From: Rhodosorus marinus CCMP1338
Taxonomy: Eukaryota; Plantae; Rhodophyta
NCBI GenBank assembly: GCA_029953675.1
Contig: JAMWBK010000001.1
Span: 1,178,001 to 1,242,000 of the forward strand
Direction: 5' to 3'
DNA: 64,000 bases
The notes under the pieces are model-generated. The model saw only the letters and a program-made list of their open reading frames with translations. It did not search any database and had not been told where the DNA came from. Shown here in pieces: positions 33,006 to 43,676 of this stretch. Both the position numbers and the translations under genes were made by a program. How positions within the stretch are numbered: position 1 is the stretch's first letter; each line of letters opens with the position of its first letter.

Positions 33006-33137
33006 AGGAAGGTACGAGGAAGGGTATATATATCACTTGAGGTTCTGCTTGGCTGGCAGATGGGGAAGGTGTGGGATGAGCTAGCCGTGGGCGGACAATA
33101 TTCATATTTTTTTTGGGGTGCAGTTGATACAATATTC

Positions 33138-34586
33138 ATGAGGTGCGGGTTGGTAGCAATCCTGCTCGTCGGGATTTTCGGCTTGACGTCTGGCGAAGTT
33201 AGCACATGCGCAAGGTTTTTTAATCCCCTCGTTTCCTCCTTCACGAGCATTACCGCATGCTATGAACTGGAAGTTGACGGGGAGACGGTGGGAGTCGTCA
33301 GCAATAGCGATGTCGTGAAGACGCAGGGACCGAACCAGGGAGAAACGTGTATCAGGTTCACTTTTGTTGTGCGCGATGGACTTGGAATTAGGCGCGCCAA
33401 AGTGGGGCTGTGGAATGGAGGCGGCTTTCCTCGCGATAAAACTCGCTTCACTCGTAAGAGGAAGTTTCTAGAAAGTGAGCCGACCAGGGTGAGAATAGAC
33501 GCATGCCTGGACGATATCCGGTCAGTAGCTGACTGCTGCACTGGAGAGGGCAGCTTCCCTTTCTTCGTGGCTGAAGCGAAGGTTCGCATGGAGGACGGCA
33601 AAGTGCGTACTGCTATACTGGTTGATAGAAGTGTCGCACCAGTGAGACAGCAAGTCTCGGATAATCCACTGGCAGCGTCGGAAATAACATGCGAGGGGAT
33701 TCCACCTGGAAAGTCCCGATGCGATCGCATTAGCGACCAGAATGAGATTATATTCTGGCTATGCACTGTCCAGCTTTCCTGCAGTACCGTAGGCGACGAA
33801 CCGCAGTTTGCCGGCATCAACCGTATCAACCGTGCGACGAAAACAGTTCAATTCGTGGTTTCACCCGTCGCATGGGAGCTCTATCCGGAGGAGCTCGAAC
33901 TTACTGTTTACGAAGCAACACCCGTGGCATCTCGGCTATCCATCCCTGCGCAGGCGAATACAGTGGTCCGTCGGCCTGCAGAGTCTATTCAACATTTTGA
34001 GTCATTCTCCATTGCGACATTTGCGGTGCAAGAACTCAATGCTTTGAGTGTAGTCGCTTTTGCTGTGGAGTTCGTAGTTGGGGGTCCAATTGACGTGAGG
34101 TTTTCAGTGAGGGCCGTCCCGCAAACACGAGAGCTACTAGAATTTATCGGGTTCGCCGATGCCCAGGTTATTGCGGATTCTGGCCCATTGAGCTTAGGAC
34201 AGCTGGCAACGAATTCCTATTTTGGGCCACTTCCGGACGCCGCAGTCGTCGGACGGATCGGCAGTGTTATTTGCGGATATTGCTTGAATCCAAGTCTGCC
34301 ACCGAGAGGAGAATGGGAGGTCTTGACAAGTGGCGAACCCGAGGGCCTAAACGGAGGCCAATTCGAAGCTGAATTGGCACGCCAACCCGGCCGTTGTATT
34401 TTTGACGCCCAAATAAGGGATGTCGGATCCGTGTGTGGCCCAGCTGGAGAAGAAGGGGTAAGTCGAAAATTTCACTCGTTCTTATATCAAGCGCTTCCCT
34501 TGCTAACGAAATTCTTACAAAACATCCGTCTTGCCTGCTTAGATCCTCCAAGTACGAGATACCGTCAAAGGACAGGTTGTGTGTGA
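33138..34586 (+). CDS. Secreted protein, paralog 2 (482 aa from MRCGLVAILLVG)
   Basis: Start assigned by alignment with paralogs 1 and 3; the upstream in-frame ATG at 33060 precedes the shared signal peptide. C-terminus is frameshifted relative to the paralogs. Confidence 0.85.
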   Translation: MRCGLVAILLVGIFGLTSGEVSTCARFFNPLVSSFTSITACYELEVDGETVGVVSNSDVVKTQGPNQGETCIRFTFVVRDGLGIRRAKVGLWNGGGFPRDKTRFTRKRKFLESEPTRVRIDACLDDIRSVADCCTGEGSFPFFVAEAKVRMEDGKVRTAILVDRSVAPVRQQVSDNPLAASEITCEGIPPGKSRCDRISDQNEIIFWLCTVQLSCSTVGDEPQFAGINRINRATKTVQFVVSPVAWELYPEELELTVYEATPVASRLSIPAQANTVVRRPAESIQHFESFSIATFAVQELNALSVVAFAVEFVVGGPIDVRFSVRAVPQTRELLEFIGFADAQVIADSGPLSLGQLATNSYFGPLPDAAVVGRIGSVICGYCLNPSLPPRGEWEVLTSGEPEGLNGGQFEAELARQPGRCIFDAQIRDVGSVCGPAGEEGVSRKFHSFLYQALPLLTKFLQNIRLACLDPPSTRYRQRTGCV

Positions 34587-34793
34587 ATGCACTGAACCAA
34601 CCCCCAAGCTCCCCGAGTAAAGTGGATGGGCAGCAACGGGTAAAACCGGGCCATCTTATCGTAAGATCATGAAAAACTGCCTTGGATTTTCCAATCGCGC
34701 ATCAAAACTAGAGCCAACGGTGTTGCCCCTGGTATTTTGAGTAGATTTGGATAAACACTCGTATTGCGGCCTACTTGAAATGGTTTTAATTGG

Positions 34794-34947
34794 ACTTTAC
34801 TGGACTTTACTAGCATAGCCTGAAGCGCTACGCAAGGCGTGAAGATGAACTAATAACTAGGGAGGGAAGTATGCAACCCCAGGCGCCGATGGCGCGCCTC
34901 GGAAAGCATGTCGCTGGAATATCGCAAAAGGGAGACTTTACTAGCAT
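34794..34947 (-). mobile_element. Short A1 3' insertion plus a tail-only piece, flanked by 15-bp TSD AATGGTTTTAATTGG
   Basis: Direct repeats at 34779-34793 and 34948-34962. Confidence 0.8.
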
Positions 34948-34962
34948 AATGGTTTTAATTGG

Positions 34963-35295
34963 CATAGCCTAAAGCGCTACGCAAACCGTGAAAAGGAACT
35001 AAGAACTAGGTAGGGAGACGTGCAAACTCAGGCGCCGATGGCGCGCCTCGGCAAGCACGCTGCTCAAATATCGCCACAGAGAGACACTTAGATGCCGCAA
35101 AAGTTCCGGGTATTCAACAAGATGTTCAGTGAAACATCTCCGCAAGAACTCCAAACCCGCCTCCCCCACGTGACCAAAGCTTTCCACAATGAAAGGATGG
35201 AACCGGTGGGAGCGACCCTCAGCGCGAGGCGGACTGGCCATACTCTCAGCATACCGTCGTTCCTTCACTCGTCGAAGAGCCGAAGCGGCTGCCCC
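34963..35295 (-). mobile_element. A2-type 3' end fused to the long A1 copy
   Basis: ORF 34999..35268 ends LSLHVSLPSS*; junction via TCGG microhomology near 35296. Confidence 0.75.
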
Positions 35296-38200
35296 TCGGG
35301 AGCAGCTTCAAGATTTAGGGGCTCATCCAAGAGCGTTCCCCAGTGTTGCAGGGTCATCTCGTCGGCTTTAGCCGTGATCCACGAGCCCCAAGCTGGAGGC
35401 AGGCTGCGCAACCAGTAGTTGAGTCTGGGACCGGCACAAAAGCGGGAAAGCAAGCAGGCCGATTGAAGCATGCTGTCGGGTAGGTGCTCAATGGCGTCGG
35501 TGAGTTGCTTGTGCCGTGCCAAAACTCGCTCGCAGGATGCTTGGACAAAGTTGTCAGTCCCCAATCCGACGCCGTGGTGTTCGAACCCTTCACGTTCGCT
35601 GATTAGTCGCAGAGTGGGTGGCAGAGAGGCCAGCGACACGACCCTCGGGGGGAGAAAGCGACATTTTTCTGTTTCCACAGTCAAACCGACGCGACGTGCA
35701 ATCGCTTCGATCTCGGTCAGCCCCCTAGCCAGGGTCTCAGGGGTGCCCAGCAATGTTACGTCATCGTGGTACGCACAGATTCGAAGATCCGAGACCTCAG
35801 TCGAAAGACATAAAAGTACGAGCTGTAAGGCACAGGCATGAAGAAGAGGTCCGCAAGGGTCGCCTTGTTGGACGCCAGTATGTGCTTGAAAAACAGTGCC
35901 CTCCGTTGTCAAGTAGGGGAGGCTCTCCCCTCCGTAAATACCCGATAGAAACGGCCACGCCTCCGGAAACACTCGTCGGAGCACCTCTAGCGCATGCGTC
36001 CGCGACACGCTGTTGAATGCGTTCCGGAAGTCAACCACCAAGACTCCCCACTCCGGCCTACTGGCGCGTTCTAGCTCGATCCCATGGGTGATCAGTTCGC
36101 AATCCCCAGAGAATCCCACCCCTACTTGCAAGGGCGCCATAAAAGCTGTGACGCGCTGGCGAAGGCGCTGGCATAGCCACCTCCCGGCTAACTTCCGTAG
36201 GCTCTCCACCAACCCGATCGGCCGGAGACGCGGGTGGGCCGGCTCAAAGCTGTGCCTGCCGGAGATGTTCCCATGGCGCAGACGCACCCGATACGCCCTG
36301 GAACAACTTGTTAAGGATCCTCAGAAGCGCGCTCTGGCCAGGCTGGCTCAGGGCCTGCAATAGCTCTGTTCTTAGTCCGGAGGGTCCGGGACAGCGTCTC
36401 CGACGCGAGGTAGGAAGCAAATCCTCCAGGTCAGACTCACTGAGCGTCAGATCGATGCGAAACCTGGCCAACTCCGGACGGTCTAAGAATACCTCGAATT
36501 CAGGGGACAAGTCCACGTCGGACTCAGGGAACAAAGACGACACCGTCTGCGCGAGACTATCATCGTAGGGGAGGACAGGCGCCTGGCCCTCCAAAACCCG
36601 CGCCGCTCGACTTAAATCGCCCACTGCTACCAATTTCTGTACTCGAGCCGGCACGGGCGACACGGTGCCATGCCGAGTCCGACGGGCGGATGGTGCTGAC
36701 GACGCCAAATAGCTGCGCTGTAGTACTTCCAAGTCTCCCTTCAAGAACAGGGCCAGTCGGTCTCGTACTCGCCATCTGCGCTCCTCCGATGTGTGAATGG
36801 GGGCCAGAATCAGGCGCGGCATGACCCCCAGAAAAACCCAAATGACTGTGTCCCGAATGTTACGAGCCAGGCTCGTGAAGATGAAATCGAGAATGGTTCC
36901 AGCTACTAGAAGGTCACCACGAGGGAGGACGACTGGGGGAATGCCCCCACGGAGGGGAAGCGAGCCTCCTTCCAAAGAAATCCACCGCCAGAGCCAACTC
37001 CGGAAACCCGTACGCCAAATGCCCCAGTCTCCGCTCTCCTTCAGGACATAAGACTGTAGATCCATAGGCTGCGACCTCGCAGCCGTGCCTGGAGCGCTAA
37101 TCGTGCTTCTCCCCCTTAGACCCGGGGGAGTCGGTCCTCGCTCTCTTACCTCCTATCCGCACCAAAGTCGTGAGCCGCCCACTCCGCGAGGCTCGCGGAA
37201 CGGATCCCGCGGGCTTCAGCAAAGTAACCTGGGCGTCCTCCACCGCCATGCCCTCAGTCTGCTCCCCTGCCTCACCACTCTCGCTGGAAGTGGTGCTGGA
37301 AGCAGAGCCCTCCAAAATCCCCACCCGCTGCAGCTCTGTCTTGTTGCGCGAAGTCAGCACAAGGCGCCTCCCCAGATCGAAGAAGCTGGACACCGCCATG
37401 CGCAGGTGACGAGGGCCCGACCGGAACCGCTCCAACAAGATCCTCTCAAGGCGCTGAATCCGTAGCCAATGGATCGCTGCCGCCTTCACGCTGCTCTCAT
37501 GCTCAGAGAGCCCTGCCGTTTCTCCCGGAGAAAGGAAATTGCCCGAGAAACGGTCAAAATCGAAGTGCAAAACCACCTGCGGGTTGCAGCGCAGCCACCG
37601 GGCGCTCTCAGGCCACTGCTCGGTAGGCTTCGCCAGCAAGGCCTCCAGGTACTTGGCGGCGGTTGCGGAGACCAAAAACAGCACATCGCGGCCCTCATAG
37701 TTTGCGAAGAAGAAATCACCCCGGCTGCACCCAAACGATTCCGCAAAAGTGTCCCGGAAGTCTCGCATGGACGGAACCTGTCCTCGTGTAGTCTGGGGCC
37801 GGACATTTCGCACCCACAGAAATTGGAGAGTGGTCTCCACAGGTCCATCCTGAGGCTCGCGAGATGGTAGGAAACGGAGCATAGCCGCCGTACGTGTGGC
37901 AGTGGTGCCCTTCCGCAAGACTGATGCGTACGAAGCGCCCCCTTTGCGGCCACCACCTGCCCCCGCAGTAGCCGGGAGCTGGTGACCACCTGAGGGCTGG
38001 TCCAAGAGAGGGAAGTCCACAGCTGCAGTCTCCTCCACACCGGTTGCCGCACAGTCACCACCACCATTGCCTCGAGTCCCCGAGCGCTGAAGCGCCTTTT
38101 GGCCCGGCCTGCCGCTCCCCAACGTCGTACTGTCCCGCGCAGAAGCAACCGCCCTCGCCTGTCCCGGGACAGGTTCATGTTGATTGACCTGATGTTGACT

Positions 38201-39150
38201 GCCTTCAGCCAACGCTGCCACTCTGGGGCAATTCAAATTCTCGTCCGAATTTGAATTTGACCTGGCCAGCAATCCCGATTCCAGCCCACCTAGCTTCTGG
38301 GTGAGCTGAGGGAGCACTCCACGATCACTCGCAGCAGTGATCAGGCTGGTGACAGCGGAGATAAGTGCACGCGCCTGGGTGCCAGAAGCGCCTTCCAAGT
38401 CAACCTCGGAAGAAAACGTGCCGCAGCTGAGGCGAACACGGAGTCCCCCACCTGGCAGTGCCTCCTTGGGAGGAGGCTCCGTCGAGCGCGGAGATATCCC
38501 TACCATCCTGAGGGAATGCGCAAAGGAAACGTTGCACCACCAATATGAAACCGCACCGAGAGAATAATCGACCAAACCCAACCCAAATAGGAAAGGCCCC
38601 GCAACACACCCACCCGGAAGACAGAAGTAGTTGCAAATGCAAACGACGCCCCGCGGAAAACCGAGGGGAAGGCGTACCAGAGGAAGCGCTTCCCGTAAAC
38701 GAACACGCTCACGACCGAAAAAGAAACAAAACCCCAATCCTCGACAACAACTCCTCCCTTTACAGTGTTCAGTAACTCCACCTGCGTGGAGAAAGGGCCC
38801 GCACGAAGAGACACCCTATGTCCACCCTCAGTGGACACCTCCGCCCGCGGGATCTCCGGATCCTCAGGAGTGGAGCGCGGAGGAACCCCGGCCATCACGG
38901 AAGAGTATGTTGAACAGGAGTTTCACGAAGGAACCCAACCAAAATATCCCGCACAATCCAGCGCCGCAGACCGAAAACTCTGGCTCGAACACACCCAAAG
39001 AGGGAGAATCTCCGATAACCAACCACGAAACCCCCAAAAGCGGGGGAAAAGACAGCGAGAGGCTGCGCCTGCAACGAGGAACACCCTCGGACCGGAACAC
39101 GACTCCAATCGCAATCCGGAAACCAACTCAAACCCCCCTAATAACAACGT
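35296..39150 (-). mobile_element. Family A1 element with the longest 5' region; ORF2 frameshifted (~36240) and fused past the RT
   Basis: ORFs 36244..37065 and 35265..36287 (QQGDP, YHDD); intact ORF1; G/T-rich 5' region to ~39150, preceded by a degenerate tail CTATGGTTAGTAAAACC. Confidence 0.9.
37097..38506 (-). CDS. Family A1 ORF1, intact (469 aa from MVGISPRS)
   Basis: Open frame; start chosen from the MVG(I/V)SP motif shared with A2 and B; SYASVLRKG followed by an RRM-like pattern. Confidence 0.8.
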   Translation of the reverse strand: MVGISPRSTEPPPKEALPGGGLRVRLSCGTFSSEVDLEGASGTQARALISAVTSLITAASDRGVLPQLTQKLGGLESGLLARSNSNSDENLNCPRVAALAEGSQHQVNQHEPVPGQARAVASARDSTTLGSGRPGQKALQRSGTRGNGGGDCAATGVEETAAVDFPLLDQPSGGHQLPATAGAGGGRKGGASYASVLRKGTTATRTAAMLRFLPSREPQDGPVETTLQFLWVRNVRPQTTRGQVPSMRDFRDTFAESFGCSRGDFFFANYEGRDVLFLVSATAAKYLEALLAKPTEQWPESARWLRCNPQVVLHFDFDRFSGNFLSPGETAGLSEHESSVKAAAIHWLRIQRLERILLERFRSGPRHLRMAVSSFFDLGRRLVLTSRNKTELQRVGILEGSASSTTSSESGEAGEQTEGMAVEDAQVTLLKPAGSVPRASRSGRLTTLVRIGGKRARTDSPGSKGEKHD

Positions 39151-39229
39151 GGTTTTACTAACCATAGAACAGCAAAGTAAAAGCGTGCACAACAGGAAAG
39201 TTTTGGAAGCGGACAACCAACGAGTATAG

Positions 39230-40240
39230 ACGATCGGGGCCCAGACAGCTAGTAGGAAAAACAACGGAACCCATAAGCCCAAAACACTCAGTGACCAGAG
39301 CTACCAAGAGATATTAGAACCTGGGCTGTTTGACGAGCCGACAGTAAACAGGTATACCTTACGATCCTATCCTGTAACTTGTTCCTCGGAAATTCCGGAA
39401 ATTCCACTTAAACCAAAAACTTTAGTAAAACCACCGTTTAATGAACGTGGTTAACGGGAGACTGAAAAAAAAGAAAAGAAAACAAGCCACGAAGGGAAAA
39501 GGAAGACTGGTGAAGGCCAAGGTCATGTGCCTCGAACATCAAAGCGTCGTTCGTCATACGCCACAGGAAACTCAAACGGGTTAAAACGGGAGAGCCGGTC
39601 GGAACAATTCGAGAACGCCAATGGAAACCCAACCGAGTAAACAATCACCAGGAGGGTACCAGACCATAAGCTAAAGTGGAAGCTCGACTTCCCGAGGGAA
39701 GACAAAGCTCGCCCTACATATTTTGGTTCTTTGTGCCGTTCCATAGTTGCAACGGCAGATCCACCCACCGACCACTAACGTCTTCTTCGTGATCTCCGAT
39801 CGAAACGAAGAAGACGTTGGGGGTAAATCGGTAAATCGTCCGCAAGCCTTCAGTCGGCCCGAAGAAACTACTAAGAATCTACTGTGCTTAAAAACTACTG
39901 AAATTACAAATATCATTGTCAATCATTTATGACCTTGACTGACTTGGTCCACCACCAGCTCTGGTGACCTAAAAACCCAACCCGTTTAAACACAAAATCT
40001 GAACCTATTTCTAAATATCCACTAGAGACGTGATGACTATCAACGCACGTGGGCGATTGATGGCCTTATACGACCCCATCTCCAGTAGCCAAGAAGGCTC
40101 AACAGCTTCGATCCTTTGCGCGAGAACGAGCCTCTTGCGCTGACGGTGTTCAAGCTCAAATCAACACGCGATCAACCAGCCCTTCCCACCTTCAACTCTC
40201 TAAGTCCCAAGAACTCATTTGTGTCTTAGTTGTACTCCAT
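39230..40240. repeat. ~1-kb diverged segment duplicated at ~46740-48070 (B-like remnants plus unique flank)
   Basis: Shared strings include AAAAACTACTGAAATTACAAATATCA(T/C)GTCAATCATTTATGA and GTGGGCGATTG...CCCTTCCCACCTT...AAGTCCCAAGAA. Confidence 0.8.
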
Positions 40241-40729
40241 ATGTGATCTAGGCACCTCATGCTAGTTTAGGGCTATTTTTTAGATTAGAACCACCTACTC
40301 CTATATCTAGCATCATCTAGGGCACATAAATGTGTAGCCACTCTGTGATCAGAGGGGTTGCTCGAGTAAGAGGTAACGCTTTACGCGCCTGCCTCCACGG
40401 GTGTCTATTGCTCTGCAGGAACACAATCTAGTTTCAGCCTCTTCGTTTTTCTTTCAGTCTCCGACTAATCAATTTCATTCAATCAATGAAACGATCTGAT
40501 TTTTCAGACTTTGCACTTGGAACAGTACGTGTATGAGCGAACAATGTACTTCGCGTATACGATTCTTTTTTATATCCTGTCCTGGAGTTTCCGTGACTAA
40601 TATGCTAACAAGCTTGGCTTATATGGGTCTCACAGGGTTTCCTCCAATCTCCTCTATATCATCTCAGAATCTACACGGTTGTGTCTAGAGTTGACTCATC
40701 TGTTTCTCATCTACCGGCTGCAAGTTTCT

Positions 40730-41125
40730 TAGATTCCACCAACACGTTTCAGGGAGGCGAGGGAACAATAAAAGCCCTTGGGAAACGGTTCCCGGCAAGA
40801 AATTCGATTTCCGCATCATGTCTCCTTTCGGCTGTCTAGCGATCGCGCACGCACAAAAGGAAGATGGTGCCATACGTGGCAAGCTCGATGAACCAACGAT
40901 GCGCGGGATTATACTCCGATGTGAGCGAGCCTGCAACCAACTGATACAACTCGGAGATGGTCGCAGAAGATGGACAAAAAACATCGCAGTACAGGAGGAG
41001 ACCTTCGCCCTGAAGCAACCCCATGCCGGGCTTACCCCGGACATCCAAGAAGCCATTGACTACGCCAAGTCGAAAGACTACATCAGTCTGAATCGTGATC
41101 CATCGAGCTGCGAAGATGACTAGAA
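40730..41125 (+). pseudogene. Ty1/copia LTR-retrotransposon remnant (integrase C-terminal/SH3-like region)
   Basis: Frame of ORF 40818..41123 extended upstream reads KSPWETVPGKKFDFRIMSPFGCLAIAHAQK...RGKLD...GIIL, resembling the copia pattern TPYE.W.GKKP....R.FGC.AY.H....R.KLD....GIFLGY. Confidence 0.6.
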
Positions 41126-42146
41126 ACACCAGCTCGAAAAGCCCACCATAAACCCCGCAGTGAGAATGTGAAACTTGGCAACAACACCGAAGGGTGTGAA
41201 CATATCCAACAAACAGCGAAAGATGTCAAAGTTTAAGTCACAAACTTACCACTGCAAGTAAGGTCAGGCGCGATAGAGAATACCCTGCCTTTGGTTCATG
41301 TTCTCTGCTAGCAAAGTTTTTGTCTTCTTCCACAATGCGTATTTGCAGTCTTGCTTCGCCTGAGTTCGTAGGCTCTCTGCGTCCGGTTAGCTGTCATTAT
41401 CAACCAATTGCTCTCCACGAAACCTCCACATCCGGTCTTTCGCTTCGGGACAAGCAGCTAGACTAGGTCCTCCTTCGCCAAGGACTCCTTAAACCATTAA
41501 CCATCTCTACAATCCAGTTCATCCTCATCTTCTTGGTTCACGCAGCTCCCAGGCGGTGAGCGCGGCTCATAACCTGTTAGAACTTGGGAGTCCTTACAGA
41601 GCATTAGAGACCCGTAGAGGCGAATACCGCGTTCGCTTTTACTCGAGTAACCCCTCTGATCACAGAGTGGCTAATATTATCAACAACACTAGGTGTATGA
41701 GTGTTGTTCATCCACTGGTTGTCATGTTTATTCCGAACCTACCATACTTGATTCTAGGATCACTATATATTCAATACCAGTCCCTGAGATCCTTGCTTAG
41801 GAAAACGTTCATGCATGCGCAAGCATGTAAAAACCCTTATCCAACCCAGGCTTTATCCCTAATACTCTGGAAGCTGACAATCTACGAATCTCTAGTGGCG
41901 ACTACAGTGGCTCTGTGTTAGAACCCTGTTCGTCGCTATGCCCTCTTGATCATAAGAAAACCCCCCATCTAAGTCCAGTCATTATAAAGATCTTGATTGG
42001 CAAATGGCCTTTTCGATTGACCTACGAGAGTCCCAGATCTGGACTTATACCAGACCCTTAGGAACCTAGAACCCCTCACGTGGAGCTGGAGGGGAGGATT
42101 CGTGCCTGCAGATCAGTCGTAATCTGCGAACATGTGGCCCAAACAT

Positions 42147-42750
42147 TATGTTGAAACGGTCACACGGTCAACGGTGACCATCCGCTCTCAGCACGTAGAA
42201 GGACAATCCTCACATCATCCTACATATGGTAACACCAGTGTGTAGATGGTATACGGTAGGCTAACCGGATGGAGGTTAAAACGTTTGAATTAGTTTGAAC
42301 CGTACAAGACATCGATCATTTCCACGGTATAGTAGATTTCTTAAGTGGGAGATATCGACCCCAATGGTCAGGCAAACAATAAAAAACCTATCGAAGTTTG
42401 GCTGACAGGACTTTGGTTCAGGTCAGGAATCCTTGAAAATTCCTACATATTATGTAGAGATTTTTACTGGTTTCCAACCTTGAAAGAAGCAAGCGAACTT
42501 CGATGGTTTCTTTATTGGTTCCCCTGACCCTTGTGTTCGATATCTACCACTTAAGTATCCTACGATACTATGGGGAAGATCGATACCTTGTACTGTTCAA
42601 ACTATTTCAAATGTTTGAGCCTCTACAAGGTTTGTCTACCGTATACTGTTTGTACATCGGTCCTACGTATGTGTGACCATGTGTGAATCATCCTCTTGGA
42701 TGCTGAGAGCGTATCGTCACCGTTGATCGCGTGACCGTTTCAACATATTA
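42147..42750. repeat. Old imperfect palindrome, ~300-bp arms, centre at 42449-42451
   Basis: ATGTTGAAACGGTCACACGGTCAACGGTGAC versus GTCACCGTTGATCGCGTGACCGTTTCAACAT; arms align through to CTACAT-ATT-ATGTAG. Confidence 0.8.
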
Positions 42751-42869
42751 TATACCCTACATTTGTGCTAGATATAGGAGTAGCTGGTTCTAATCGGAGT
42801 CAATAGTCCTAGACTAGTATGAGATGCCTATATCAAACATGGAGTTAGACCAACATTTTATTCTGAACT

Positions 42870-43600
42870 AGTCGGAACTGAATGAATGTGTCCTGAGACT
42901 GAAAAAAAAACAAAAAACGAGGGGACAAGCGAAAGACATTGAATCACGGCGAAGATATCGTACTTCCAACATCAAAGCAGCGCGTTCATACGCCATAGCA
43001 GGAAACTTTGGATACGGGTATCGCATGAGGAGAAACAAGCTCCTGAAATACATCCTGAGCGACCACTTGACAAGAATTGGCTACACGGTCGAGGTGGAAT
43101 CGGCACTGCTTAGTACAACCGCAGCAACCACCGCTACTCGTTGCATCGCGGATCTCGTGGTATCGGACGAAGCCGCCAGACGCTCAACATATGTGGAGTT
43201 CGCTGGCACATGCCCCGGGTCCGGTACATATCTCGCCTCTGCCGCGCTCAGCAATGGGGCAGCAACTTCGGTACTTCGCCGCGTTAAGGGACGACGGTAC
43301 GCTGAGAACATGGCCATGCTTCCCCGGGAAGAGGGCCGGTTTCACAGGTTCTAGCCTTTCATTGTGGAAAGCTTTTGGTGTGTGGAAAATTCAAGCTCGG
43401 AGTGGCTGCGTAAGTGTTTTAACAGAACATCCTGAAGAATATCTGGCGCTCCTCCCGCCGTTTAAGTATCGTTCTCTGGCGGTATACAACCAGCACATGC
43501 TCCCCGAGGCACGCCACCGCCGCCTGGGCTTACCACCTTCTTCTAACTAGTCCCTAGTTTCCTTCTAGCTCTTGCGTAGCGCATCAGGCTATGTTTGTAA
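42870..43600. mobile_element. Degenerate B-like 3' piece (minus, ~42870-43020) joined to a diverged A-like RLE and 3' end (plus, ~43020-43600)
   Basis: ORF 43025..43354 reads LKYILSDHLTRIGYTVEVES...CIADLVVSD; ends TTGCGTAGCGCATCAGGCTATG. Confidence 0.75.
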
Positions 43601-43676
43601 GACCACTTTACAAGGCCAAGGGGTCAGTGCATTCACACACAACCTGTCCCTTGAAGACACCTCGTTTTGTTAGAAT

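Noticed and set aside
38507-38737. N-terminal extension of the 546-aa ORF1 call (and 28899-29087 in B)
   Set aside because: Non-ATG start in G/T-rich leader; the MVG(I/V)SP start is shared by A1, A2 and B.
38900-39150. HDV-like or hammerhead ribozyme at the element 5' end
   Set aside because: I could not identify the conserved cores by eye; needs an Infernal/RNArobo search.
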